Of a stretch of DNA of 64,000 bases, positions 63,828-64,000 are shown piece after piece. How positions within the stretch are numbered: the stretch's first letter is position 1; each line of letters opens with the position of its first letter. The stretch is taken from positions 31,880,464-31,944,463 of the forward strand of contig NC_043011.1 of NCBI RefSeq assembly GCF_006345805.1, in the 5' to 3' direction. The DNA is from Octopus sinensis. Taxonomy: Eukaryota. Both the position numbers and the translations under genes were made by a program. Below the pieces are notes generated by a model. It ran no database searches and had not been told where the DNA came from. It was given only the letters and a program-made list of their open reading frames with translations.

Positions 63828-64000
63828 GTACCAGTAGGTGGTGATCAATATAAAGATGTGCTCATTTATTTTTATCATGTTCCTGTACACTACAGATAAA
63901 ATACCTCCAAGGTACAATACCATACACACATAACAATGAAGTAGTTAGCCATTCTACTTAAAATAAAAGACAGTGCTCTGCCACTTCACAATGAAGGGCT

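Overview
AT-rich, microsatellite-dense animal DNA. The repeat families suggest a coleoid cephalopod (probably Octopus); this is inference only. One host gene is solidly supported: a divergent Rab11-family GTPase on the minus strand, with two exons at 9501-9612 and 1505-1588 that have canonical splice sites and continuous phase. Its first coding exon was not confidently found and its 3' exons presumably lie left of the window. The rest is mostly mobile DNA: two long, inverted copies of an RTE LINE plus fragments, an R4/Dong-type LINE remnant, an ORF1-only (half-L1-like) element inside a SINE, Tc1/mariner remnants (DD37D and mariner), hAT MITEs, a Helitron, four tRNA-derived SINE families and many foldback elements. 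Most notable: (1) a 630-bp near-perfect palindrome with a type I hammerhead-ribozyme fold in each arm, and minimal hammerhead-shaped motifs in three other repeat families; (2) a C4HC3 PHD finger inserted between RT motifs 6 and 7 in all three RTE copies covering that region; (3) the ORF1-only element with a 9-bp TSD in a SINE head. Most short ORFs in the track are microsatellite or SINE artefacts. Repeat boundaries are approximate unless a TSD or TIR is quoted.
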